A stretch of 62,910 nt of DNA, counting the filler, from a bacterium (GTDB lineage Bacteria; JBBIVP01): assembly GCA_037439705.1 (NCBI GenBank). It is 3 parts of 3 records of this genome, joined end to end, with 100 filler letters (N's around TTAATTAATTAA, not from the genome) between each part and the next. Parts side by side here need not be neighbours in the genome. Positions count along the whole stretch, not along the records: positions 1 to 21,444 come from JBBIVP010000013.1; 2 more parts are not named here. One strand, given 5' to 3'. Positions 1 to 8,644 of the stretch are shown piece after piece. The notes below the pieces were generated by a model that was not told where the DNA came from, did no database searches, and saw only the letters and a list, made by a program, of their open reading frames with translations. Both the position numbers and the translations under genes were made by a program. Within the stretch, counting starts at the first letter, position 1; each line of letters starts with the position of its first letter.

Positions 1-98
1 AAGGGTCTTTTTGAACAAGGGATTTGTTTTGTCTCTCCCTCTCACTCCTTAATATCGCGCATATCTTAAATTTTCCAAAAAAAAATTTAAAAGATGTG

Positions 99-500
99 CT
101 AATCCGTTACACTTTTCCAGGCTTCATAAAGTCCCGGGACAGTTGGCAGGTTTTTCATCTCTTCAGGATATATCCACCTTATTTCTGTGTGCTCCCAGTC
201 AATTTTTATTTCCGGGTTTTTTACATAAAAGAGAAATGGATGAACAATCCATTTCCTGCCGAGGTTTTCATCAATTACCTCTACTGGTTTTCCCTCTTTT
301 AGAAGTTCAACCTCTTCTTTTTTTAGACCAGTTTCCTCCTCAATTTCCTTAAATGCCTGTGTTAATGGTTCACTTTCAAGATACCCTGCAACGCCTCCCC
401 ATTTTCCTTTATAGGTTCCAACCCTTTCACTTCTTTTCATAATCAGAATTTTTCCGTCATCCCTTTTTAAAAAGCATGTAACCACATGTTTTACATCCAT
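99..500 (-). CDS. NUDIX hydrolase
   Basis: Nudix-box variant GYLE..PLTQAFKEIEEETGL; N-terminal VVTCFL...ILIMKRS..VGTYKGKW and C-terminal IDWEHTEIRW. Confidence 0.85.
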   Translation of the reverse strand: MDVKHVVTCFLKRDDGKILIMKRSERVGTYKGKWGGVAGYLESEPLTQAFKEIEEETGLKKEEVELLKEGKPVEVIDENLGRKWIVHPFLFYVKNPEIKIDWEHTEIRWIYPEEMKNLPTVPGLYEAWKSVTD

Positions 501-602
501 AAATCAAGTATAAAAAAAATTATGTAAAATTTAAAGATCCGCCCTTAGGCATTTTTGAAATAGTAGTAGTGAATAAAAGAAATATACATTTTTTTATTTT
601 CC

Positions 603-630
603 TTGATTATTTTTGAAAAAATTATATTCT
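603..630 (+). promoter_or_regulatory. Putative sigma70-type promoter of hypCDE
   Basis: TTGATT (603-608), 16-bp spacer, TATTCT (625-630), followed by RBS GAGAGGTG before the ATG at 650. Confidence 0.45.
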
Positions 631-649
631 GATACTGAGAGGTGTAAAG

Positions 650-871
650 ATGTGTCTCGCAGTGCCCCTGAGATTGATAGAGGTTGAGGGAGAATATGGT
701 ATTGTTGAATCAGGAGGGGTAAAGATGAAGGTAAATCTCAGCTTGGTTGAAGGTGCGAAGGTTGGAGATTATGTGATAGTTCATGCAGGATTTGCAATAA
801 CCTTGATGGATGAAAAAGAAGCAATGGAATCCCTTAAAATACTGAGTGAATATGAAAAAAACCTATTATGA
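650..871 (+). CDS. hypC: [NiFe]-hydrogenase maturation chaperone HypC/HupF
   Basis: MCLAVP N-terminus and GDYVIVHAGFAI motif; 73 aa. Confidence 0.97.
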   Translation: MCLAVPLRLIEVEGEYGIVESGGVKMKVNLSLVEGAKVGDYVIVHAGFAITLMDEKEAMESLKILSEYEKNLL

Positions 872-1983
872 TTGATATAACTCCTCTTAGAAGAGAAAAA
901 GGTGTAAAAGCCCTTTTGAACTTAATAAAGAATGAAGTTTCAAGTTTTGATGGAAAAATCAACATAATGGAGGTATGTGGCACCCACACAATGACAGCAT
1001 ATAGAAGCGGATTGGGATGGGCATTAAGAAAGATGGGAATAAATTTGATTTCTGGTCCAGGGTGTCCGGTTTGTGTTACCCCTGACAGCATAATCTCATC
1101 AGCCAGTTATTTAGTGAGAAACTATTCAAATGTTATCCTCACATCCTTTGGGGATATGCTCAAAGTTCCTGCAAGTGATGGAATTCCTTTGATGAAGCTT
1201 GTTCCAGCAGAAAATTCAGCAGTAAGAATAATATACTCCCCCGAAGAGGTTTTGAAACTGGCATTAGAAAATCCGCAAAAAGAAGTAGTTTTTTTGGCAG
1301 CTGGATTTGAAACAACTATTCCATCAATTGCATGGCTTTTGAAAACTGCAAAGGAAAATGGAATAAAAAATTTTTCAATATTTCCTGCTATGAAACTCGT
1401 TCCACCTCCTTTGAAAGCAATTCTTGAGAGCGGGGAGATAAAACTGGATGGTTTCATTTACCCCGGACATGTGAGCGTGATAATTGGTTCAGAACCATAC
1501 CAGTTTATTCCAGAAAAATATGGAGTAGCAGGAGCAATTACAGGATTTGAACCCGCAGACCTCCTTTTTGGAATTTTGAGTGTCATAAGACAGATAAAAT
1601 CGGGAAAACCGATTGTTGACATAGTATATAAAAGGGCTGTGAAACCCGAGGGTAATCCTGTAGCAAAGAATCTTATGAAGCAAGTTCTCCATGTGGAAGA
1701 TGCAGAATGGAGGGGTTTTGGAGTAATTCCAGAAAGTGGTTTATTCCCTGAAAAAGAATTTTCCGTTTTTGAAAAATTTGATCTGAAACCGGACAAGATA
1801 TGGGAATCAAAAGGATGCAGATGCGGAGATGTGGTAAAAGGAGTTGCTCAACCTGAAGAATGTCCTCTTTTCATAAAAGTTTGCACACCCGATTCTCCGA
1901 GGGGAGCATGTATGGTTTCCATAGAAGGCGCATGCCTTATCCATTTTAAATACGGAGAGGAGATTTTCTTTGAAGGTGATTGA
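868..1983 (+). CDS. hypD: Hydrogenase maturation protein HypD
   Basis: MEVCGTHT, GPGCPVC, GFETT and PGHVS motifs; C-terminal Fe-S Cys cluster ending GACMVSIEGAC. Confidence 0.97.
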   Translation: MIDITPLRREKGVKALLNLIKNEVSSFDGKINIMEVCGTHTMTAYRSGLGWALRKMGINLISGPGCPVCVTPDSIISSASYLVRNYSNVILTSFGDMLKVPASDGIPLMKLVPAENSAVRIIYSPEEVLKLALENPQKEVVFLAAGFETTIPSIAWLLKTAKENGIKNFSIFPAMKLVPPPLKAILESGEIKLDGFIYPGHVSVIIGSEPYQFIPEKYGVAGAITGFEPADLLFGILSVIRQIKSGKPIVDIVYKRAVKPEGNPVAKNLMKQVLHVEDAEWRGFGVIPESGLFPEKEFSVFEKFDLKPDKIWESKGCRCGDVVKGVAQPEECPLFIKVCTPDSPRGACMVSIEGACLIHFKYGEEIFFEGD

Positions 1984-2964
1984 TTTAAGTGTAGGCTCCG
2001 GCGGAAAGAGCATGAGGGAATTCATAGAAAACCTTGTGATGAAGTACATAAATTCGGAAGAACTTAAGGCTCTCGGAGATAGTGCCCATCTCAATATAGA
2101 TGGGAAAATCGCATTTACCACGGATAATTTTGTTGTAAACCCCATATTTTTTCCCGGTGGAGATATAGGAAAGCTTTCTGTTGCTGGAACCGTGAATGAC
2201 CTTGTTGTATCAGGAGCAAAACCATTTTTTCTTTCTTTATCATTAATAATAGAAGAAGGATTTCCTTTAGAAAGTATGGAGAAAATTCTTAAGTCTATAA
2301 GGGNNNNNNNNNNACCAGTATTTCAGCAGGAGTTAAAATTGTAACAGGTGATACAAAGGTTGTAAAAAAAGGAGAGGCAGATGGGATTTACATTAACACA
2401 TCAGGAATAGGCAAGGTGATAAAAAATGAGGAAGAGAAAGTAAAAGAAGGAGACCTTGTAGTCATAACAGGTTCACCTGGAGAACACGGGGTTGCAATTA
2501 TGATTGCAAGAGGAGAATTTGAGTTTGAAGGTGAGGTTTTGAGTGATTGTGCTCCGCTTACTAACCTTCTGACTCTATGGGAAATGAAAGGGGTAAAGTG
2601 GATGAGGGATATAACAAGAGGTGGACTTGCTTCTGTTCTCTGTGAGTTTGGAATGGAGAACAATTTTACGGTCTTCATAAATGAAGAAAAGATACCATTT
2701 TCTCCTCCTGTTAAAGGAGTTTCAGAGATACTCGGCATAGACCCGCTTTACCTTCCAAGCGAAGGGAAGGCGGTTATTGTGATTTCTCCTGATGTAAAGG
2801 AAAAGGTTATTGAATATCTGAGAAAAAAGGTTGACCCCTCAGCAGATGTTATAGGGGAAATAAGAAAAAAAGAAAAGAATTTTTACACAGTCCTGAAGAC
2901 TCTTTCTGGAGGTTACAGGATTCTTGAACTTCTAACAGGTGAACTCCTTCCGAGAATATGCTGA
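1970..2964 (+). CDS. hypE: Carbamoyl dehydratase HypE (spans the 10-N gap at 2304-2313; frame changes only at the gap)
   Basis: FTTDNFVVNPIFFPGGDIGKLSVAGTVNDL, VTGDTKVV, MRDITRGG and the diagnostic C-terminal LPRIC. Confidence 0.95.
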
Positions 2965-3548
2965 TGAGGTTGAGGTCACCAGAAAGGGTGTTGATTTTTT
3001 TCGTTTTTTTATCCTTTGGAGCGCATGGAATTGTCCTTCTCTTTCCCATCATAATAAATCATTCTTATAGTTCATCTTCCGAAATAAGTGTTTTTCTATA
3101 CGAACCTATGAAGAAAGGAAAACCTTTAACTCAAAATAAATTGAGGAAAGAATCCATTTTAAAAAAGGATGTTAGAGAAATACCTGAGCCGCAAGTTTCT
3201 GAAGAAGGAAGGTTTATGAAAGAAGAAAGCGGACCTTCTGAGATAGGAACTGGAAGCTTTCAGGAGAGCGAGGGCAACATTTCTTTTGATGAATTTTATG
3301 AACTTTTGAAAAAAATAGAAAAAAACAAATTTTATCCTCGGGAAGCATTAAGAGAAATGATTGAAGGGGATGTAATTTTAAGCTTTGAAGTTTCAGAAAA
3401 TGGTAGTGTCAAAGAATTGATGATTGAAAAAGGTTCTGGAAACATTTACCTTGACAGGGCAGCAATTGATTGTGTGAAAAGGTCTGAACCCTTACCCTAT
3501 GTTTCTCATCGGGTTGAGGTGCTTTTGAGATACAGGATTAAACGCTAA
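2958..3548 (+). CDS. tonB: TonB family energy transducer
   Basis: N-terminal TM with S...H (SFGAHG), charged linker, TonB_C domain YPREA...EGDVILSFEV...GSG...LDRAA. Confidence 0.8.
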   Translation: MLMRLRSPERVLIFFVFLSFGAHGIVLLFPIIINHSYSSSSEISVFLYEPMKKGKPLTQNKLRKESILKKDVREIPEPQVSEEGRFMKEESGPSEIGTGSFQESEGNISFDEFYELLKKIEKNKFYPREALREMIEGDVILSFEVSENGSVKELMIEKGSGNIYLDRAAIDCVKRSEPLPYVSHRVEVLLRYRIKR

Positions 3549-3572
3549 AATCTTTTGATTTCATGCTCTCAA

Positions 3573-4775
3573 TCAACTCTCATCAAGAAGCCTTTTTTCA
3601 CCTTCTATTTTTTTAATGTTTGTGATGTCCTGAGTTACCTCAATACAGCCTAAGTAATTTCCCTTTTTATCTCTAACAGGAAAGTATCTAATGTGAACAA
3701 GTCTTCCTCTATACTCTATCCAGAACTCTGCAACCTCCCTTTTGCCTTTTTTAAAATCATCCAGTATCCTGGTCACTATGTGCAAACTTTTTTGAGGGTG
3801 GCATTGCTGAACCTTTCTTCCTATTACAGCTTTTGTCCTTACAAATATCCTTCCCTGAGGACCTTCGCTGTAAAACCTCACAGTATCATCTTTGTCCACA
3901 AAACTTATATCCACAGGTAAAGCCCTAAAAATTCCCTCTATTTCTTCTGGAGAAAGAGAACCGGTTTCAAACTCAATTTTTCCTGTTTCTCGTATCTCTT
4001 CTTTCTTTTTCTCTTCCGCTTTCCATCTCCTTTGCGGAGTAAAACAACAATATCCCACATCATCAAAGCCATTCATTACTTCGTTCCATTCTTCATCCGA
4101 GAATATACGAAGGGAAAGTGGGAATAAGATATTATTTTCCTTGTAAAAATGGGATGAAAGCATATCAAACAGTTCAGAAGAGCCTTTTAGTAGATTTTCC
4201 ACAAATTCCTTAAAACCGCTTTTTTCTTTATTGTCAAAAACAGCGTAGATTCCTTTTTTTATTTCCCTTATTTTATCATGTTCCATCCACATTATTGCTG
4301 GCGGTTGGGTGACTCCGTGTTTTTCAAGGATTGGAAAAAGCACATTTTCTTCCCTTAAATAATGGCTTTCTGAATCTTTCAGATGTAAAATTATGTGTTC
4401 GATCACTGCGATGGATTCTTTTACTTCATCAAAATCTTTAAAGTTTTTTAACTTTTCCATAACCTCTTTCAGTTCTCTTGAAAATTTTAAAAGGAGCCTA
4501 TGTTCTTCCATCAGGATATATATTGGATGACCTTCAGGAGCTATATGTTCTTTAGTTTCAAGTCCTTCTTTAAAAAGTTGAAGATGAACCTCACAGAGTT
4601 TGTGAATCTCCTCTCTTGGAATTCCTTCCTTTATGAGTTCCTCTTCCACCCTAACTATTTCCTCTTCACTTACATTTTCAAGAAGTTCTTTGAATTCTTC
4701 TTTTATCTTTTCAGGATTTTCTCCCTCATGAATTCTTTTCAATATGTTTTTTAAAATTTCCTTCCGTTCCATCAT
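3573..4775 (-). CDS. DUF438 + hemerythrin + PAS_10 domain protein
   Basis: LCEVH, HPIYILMEEH, HYLREENVLFP, MWMEHD, HFYKENNILFP; C-terminal PAS-like FVDKDD...CHPQKS...EVTQDI. Confidence 0.88.
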   Translation of the reverse strand: MMERKEILKNILKRIHEGENPEKIKEEFKELLENVSEEEIVRVEEELIKEGIPREEIHKLCEVHLQLFKEGLETKEHIAPEGHPIYILMEEHRLLLKFSRELKEVMEKLKNFKDFDEVKESIAVIEHIILHLKDSESHYLREENVLFPILEKHGVTQPPAIMWMEHDKIREIKKGIYAVFDNKEKSGFKEFVENLLKGSSELFDMLSSHFYKENNILFPLSLRIFSDEEWNEVMNGFDDVGYCCFTPQRRWKAEEKKKEEIRETGKIEFETGSLSPEEIEGIFRALPVDISFVDKDDTVRFYSEGPQGRIFVRTKAVIGRKVQQCHPQKSLHIVTRILDDFKKGKREVAEFWIEYRGRLVHIRYFPVRDKKGNYLGCIEVTQDITNIKKIEGEKRLLDES

Positions 4776-4922
4776 TTTTTCTTTTTAGTTTTCCTCATAT
4801 TTTCTGCCATTTCTTTTATTTCTGCCAGGTCTCTTACCATTTCACTCCATCCGTACCCCCTGTTTCAGTAAAATTCTAACTCCATCTTTTTTCATTTCAC
4901 ACAGCCTTAATCGTTTTCAAAA

Positions 4923-4950
4923 ATTATACTTTTCATATATATAAAGTCAA
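4923..4950 (-). promoter_or_regulatory. Putative sigma70 promoter for the DUF438 gene
   Basis: Minus strand TTGACT, 16-bp spacer, TATAAT. Confidence 0.6.
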
Positions 4951-4988
4951 GAAAAATTAAAATTTTGATGGATATAAATATTTCAGGC

Positions 4989-5017
4989 TTGAAAAAAATT
5001 TTTAAAACAGATATTCT
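4989..5017 (+). promoter_or_regulatory. Putative sigma70 promoter for the ARPP-1/kinase-helicase operon
   Basis: TTGAAA (4989-4994), 17-bp spacer, TATTCT (5012-5017); purine-rich RBS AAGGGGG before the ATG at 5039. Confidence 0.55.
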
Positions 5018-5038
5018 AAACAAAAAGGGGGATAAAAA

Positions 5039-5938
5039 ATGAAACTGGGAGAATGGACGGGAAAAATAAATGTGGAAGATGGGATGGTGTTGAGAAACTG
5101 TCTTCTTTTTCCATTAAAGGTTGAAAAAGAACCAGTTTTTTCTTTCGCAACGGTAGAGGAACTGGTAAATGAAAAAGCTGTCAGGATAGAAGAGTTGAAA
5201 AACCCATCCATAGATTCAGTGAGAATAAAAAATTTTTCTTCAACTCCTGTATTTCTCCTTGACGGGGAGATTCTTGCAGAAGCCTTTCAGACAAGGGTGG
5301 TAAATACTTCACTTATAATAGATGGAATGGAAGAGGTTGTTATTCCTGTAAGCTGTGTGGAAGAGCACAGGTGGAGCGGGAATAACGAATTTGTGGCTTC
5401 AGGAATGGCTTCAACCATTTCTTTGAGAAAGGAATTGATGAAAAGCATTATAAAAAATAAGAGATTCAAAACTGACCAGAGTAAAATATGGAAGACAGTT
5501 AAATCAACCATTAAGGCAACAGGCGTTAATTCTCCGACTTCCTCACTTTACGATGTTTATAAAGCCTATGAATCCAGGGGTTTCATTCCAGAGGACGAGG
5601 AAATAGCACCACTTCTTCATTCTTCAGGGGTGATATGTGCAATTGATGGAAAAGTTGCTGTTATGGATCTATTCCCACCAAAAGAACTTTTTAAGAAGGT
5701 TGCTAAAAAACTAATTGCAGGTTATTTGATTGAAGCCATTTCGTCAAAAAAGGGAAAACTGGATGTAAAAATGAGTGAAATTTCAGCATTTGTGGATTTT
5801 ATAATGAATACTGATGTGAAAAAGGTGTATACGCCAGCAAAAAGTTCCTTTGAATTGAGGTTTTCTCAAGATAAAGTCTTTGGAAGGGCAGTTATATATA
5901 GAGATTCAGCAGTTCACATAACTGGTTTTCCGAATTGA
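5039..5938 (+). CDS. ARPP-1 (DUF6569) family protein
   Basis: Signature IKNxSxxPVFLLDGEILxxAFQTRVVNTSLII...IPVSCVEEHRW, then QSKIW and a C-terminal GVICAIDGKVAVMDLF segment. Confidence 0.8.
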   Translation: MKLGEWTGKINVEDGMVLRNCLLFPLKVEKEPVFSFATVEELVNEKAVRIEELKNPSIDSVRIKNFSSTPVFLLDGEILAEAFQTRVVNTSLIIDGMEEVVIPVSCVEEHRWSGNNEFVASGMASTISLRKELMKSIIKNKRFKTDQSKIWKTVKSTIKATGVNSPTSSLYDVYKAYESRGFIPEDEEIAPLLHSSGVICAIDGKVAVMDLFPPKELFKKVAKKLIAGYLIEAISSKKGKLDVKMSEISAFVDFIMNTDVKKVYTPAKSSFELRFSQDKVFGRAVIYRDSAVHITGFPN

Positions 5939-8550
5939 TAACTTCATCTTTTGGAAAATATCGCATAAAAAAATGGCTCGGAGGAGGGGCATTCGGGGAT
6001 GTATATCTGGCTACTGATACAATTATAGAAAAGGATTTTGCATTAAAGGTTTCAAGGGTAAGAAAGAAGGATATTCAGATATTGAAGGAAGAGGCAAGGC
6101 TTCTTTCCGGATTAAATCATCCAAATATAGTCAGGTTCTACAATGTTGATGAGATAGACGGAAGACTTGTTCTGATTATGGAGTATGTTCCAGGAAGTTC
6201 TTTAAGAGAAATCCTTGACAGAGGAAGGCTTGAGATTTTTAGGGCAGTTGATATTATACTTAAGGTTCTTTCAGGGCTGGATTATGCACATTCATGTGGT
6301 GTTATTCACAGGGATTTAAAACCGGAAAACATCCTTGTTGAGGGCGAAAATGTAAAAATTACAGATTTTGGTCTTGCAAAATTTATAAAAGAGGGTTCAC
6401 TTTCAGCATCAATGGCAGGAACACCTGTTTATATGGCTCCTGAAGCCTGGAGTGGAAAGTATACAGCACTTTCAGATATATACAGCGCTGGTGTAATTCT
6501 CTACGAAGCCTTGACAGGAATAAATCCATTTCTTGACGAAAGCATGGAAAAAGTGAGGGAGAAGATAATGAGGGGAATAAGCACTCCTCCTCCTTCACAT
6601 AATCCGTCAATACCAAAGGAACTGGATGATGTGATTATGAGGGCAATTAGTCCAGAACCATCAAAGCGTCCCCCCAGTGCTTCTTATTTTTCAAATTTGC
6701 TTACATCTTTTTCTGCATCCCGTCCATTTGTTCCTGTTCAGCCGATGGTTTCAGGAACACCCGAAAGAATAGTTTTGACACCGGCTCAGGAAGAAGTAGT
6801 AAAAAGTCCAGAGAAGAGGATTTTTTTGCTTGGAAGTGCTGGAACCGGCAAGACCACTGTGTTACTTCACAGAGCGGTATGGCTTTTAAAAGAGGGTTCA
6901 AAACCTCAGGATTTTCTCATATTGTGTTTCACGAGGAAAGGTGTTAACGACATTTCTTCAAGACTGGAGTTTTTGCTTGGAGCGGAAGGAAGAGATGTTA
7001 TTGTAGATACAGTACACGGATTTTGTGAGAAGATACTCAGGGCGGAGGGAGAAAAAATTGGAATTTCTTCGGATTTCAAGATTATAGACCCATTAAAGGA
7101 AAGGGCAATATATTTTCCTTTAAAAGTAAAGTTTGGAGAAAAGGTAAATTACCTTCTTGAACAGTTGAGTCTTGTAAGAGCCTCCGGTATGACGCCTCAC
7201 CATCCTGAAATGAAAAGCTATTTAAGGGATTTTTACCTTTTCTATTCAGACCTTCTGAGAAAAGAAAATGCTATGGATTTTGATGAACTTCTTATAAATG
7301 CCCGTTTACTTCTCAGAGATAACTTAATGGAGAACTACAGGGAAAGGTTTGAACACATATTTGTTGATGAATTTCAGGATTTATGCCCTGTGCAGTACGA
7401 AATTGTAAAAGAGTTGATAAGTGAGAGAACAGGAGTTTTTATAACCGGTGATGACCTTCAGAGCATATATGGATGGCGTGGTGCAAAGAAGGAACTCATG
7501 AGAAGGGCAATCTCAGAAATTTCCGGAATGAAGGTTTTTAAACTTACAGCCAGTTTCAGACTCAGCGAGAGACACATAAGGATTGCAAGAAATCTTATGA
7601 GCAGAGCAAAAAAAGCTGATGAATTTCTTTCCGAATTTCCTTCCTCATCAATGAAAGAAACAGATGGAAGGGTGGAGATTTACAAGGCAGGTTCAGTTAA
7701 AGAAGAAGCAGATTTTGTATGTATGAAGATAAGAGAAGGTGTGGAAAGGCGCAAAAGAAATTTTTCCGATTTTGCGGTACTCATGAGAACTGCTCATTAT
7801 TCAAGAGAGTTTGAAGAAAAATTTCATTCCAAGGGAATTCCCTATACTTTTATAGGTATGAGGGGATTCTATGAGCGTGAGGAAGTAAAAAATGTAGTAG
7901 AGTTTTTGCATGCCATTTATAGAAGAGACCTTTTAACTTTATCAGAAATTCTTAACTGGATGGTTCGTTCAAGAAAATCTCGTTTTACAGTTCATGAGGG
8001 CGAACTGATGATTAGTGAGGAGACATCTCAATCCCATTTAAAGAAAACGCTGGAATTTGTAAAGGAGGTTATGAAATTGCCGGAGGAGTGGGCACCATCT
8101 GATTTGATAGAATCCATCATAAAAATAACAAAATTTGAAGAAAGGATGAAGAAAAGCGGACCAAAGGGCTTTCATGTTCTTGAGAACATAAAAGAGCTTA
8201 TCTCTTCGGCAAAAAGATTTGGAAAAGGAGAAATTGAACCTTTTGTTCAACATGCAAAACTGCTTGAGGACCTTGAGGTTATTGACTGGAAAAAGAATTC
8301 AGTGAAGATGTTAACAGTTCATTCTGCCAAGGGCTTGGAATTTCCTGTGGTTTTTGTGGTTGGACTTTTTGAGAACATGTTTCCACTTGTTAGAAGTTTC
8401 AGGAGTTCAGAAGAAATGGAAGAAGAGAGAAGGCTTTTGTATGTTGCGATTACCCGTTCAACCGAAGAACTCTATCTTTCCTTTCCAATGACCTACAGGT
8501 TTGGTTCTGTGAAACCATCAAGGTATCTTCTGGATATGGCAGGGATGTAG
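5935..8550 (+). CDS. Hanks-type Ser/Thr protein kinase fused to a UvrD/PcrA/Rep-family SF1A helicase
   Basis: Kinase (aa 1-260): GGGAFG, ALK, HRDLKPEN, DFG, APE. Helicase (aa ~280-871): LTPAQ, GSAGTGKT, FTRK, TVHGFC, DEFQD, GDDLQSIYGWRGA, TVHSAKGLEF, EERRLLYVAITR, PSRYL. The TTG start overlaps the upstream stop. Confidence 0.93.
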   Translation: MITSSFGKYRIKKWLGGGAFGDVYLATDTIIEKDFALKVSRVRKKDIQILKEEARLLSGLNHPNIVRFYNVDEIDGRLVLIMEYVPGSSLREILDRGRLEIFRAVDIILKVLSGLDYAHSCGVIHRDLKPENILVEGENVKITDFGLAKFIKEGSLSASMAGTPVYMAPEAWSGKYTALSDIYSAGVILYEALTGINPFLDESMEKVREKIMRGISTPPPSHNPSIPKELDDVIMRAISPEPSKRPPSASYFSNLLTSFSASRPFVPVQPMVSGTPERIVLTPAQEEVVKSPEKRIFLLGSAGTGKTTVLLHRAVWLLKEGSKPQDFLILCFTRKGVNDISSRLEFLLGAEGRDVIVDTVHGFCEKILRAEGEKIGISSDFKIIDPLKERAIYFPLKVKFGEKVNYLLEQLSLVRASGMTPHHPEMKSYLRDFYLFYSDLLRKENAMDFDELLINARLLLRDNLMENYRERFEHIFVDEFQDLCPVQYEIVKELISERTGVFITGDDLQSIYGWRGAKKELMRRAISEISGMKVFKLTASFRLSERHIRIARNLMSRAKKADEFLSEFPSSSMKETDGRVEIYKAGSVKEEADFVCMKIREGVERRKRNFSDFAVLMRTAHYSREFEEKFHSKGIPYTFIGMRGFYEREEVKNVVEFLHAIYRRDLLTLSEILNWMVRSRKSRFTVHEGELMISEETSQSHLKKTLEFVKEVMKLPEEWAPSDLIESIIKITKFEERMKKSGPKGFHVLENIKELISSAKRFGKGEIEPFVQHAKLLEDLEVIDWKKNSVKMLTVHSAKGLEFPVVFVVGLFENMFPLVRSFRSSEEMEEERRLLYVAITRSTEELYLSFPMTYRFGSVKPSRYLLDMAGM

Positions 8551-8611
8551 GATTTTTGCCGTTTCCTGTGGAAATAATGATGCCCATATTGTTTACATTT
8601 TTTACTTTTAC

Positions 8612-8639
8612 TTGCTTATTTCATGTCGTATGGTAAAAT
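8612..8639 (+). promoter_or_regulatory. Putative promoter (extended -10) for the lapAB-like gene
   Basis: TTGCTT (8612-8617), 16-bp spacer containing TG at 8631-8632, TAAAAT (8634-8639). Confidence 0.45.
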
Positions 8640-8644
8640 AAAAA

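Noticed and set aside
2304-2313. Apparent split or frameshift of hypE
   Set aside because: The frame change coincides with a placeholder N gap, and both halves are intact.
5935-8550. Assignment to Gabija, Mokosh or BREX
   Set aside because: There is no GajA OLD nuclease, PLD partner or pglX/pglZ, and the helicase is UvrD-type SF1A rather than Upf1-like.
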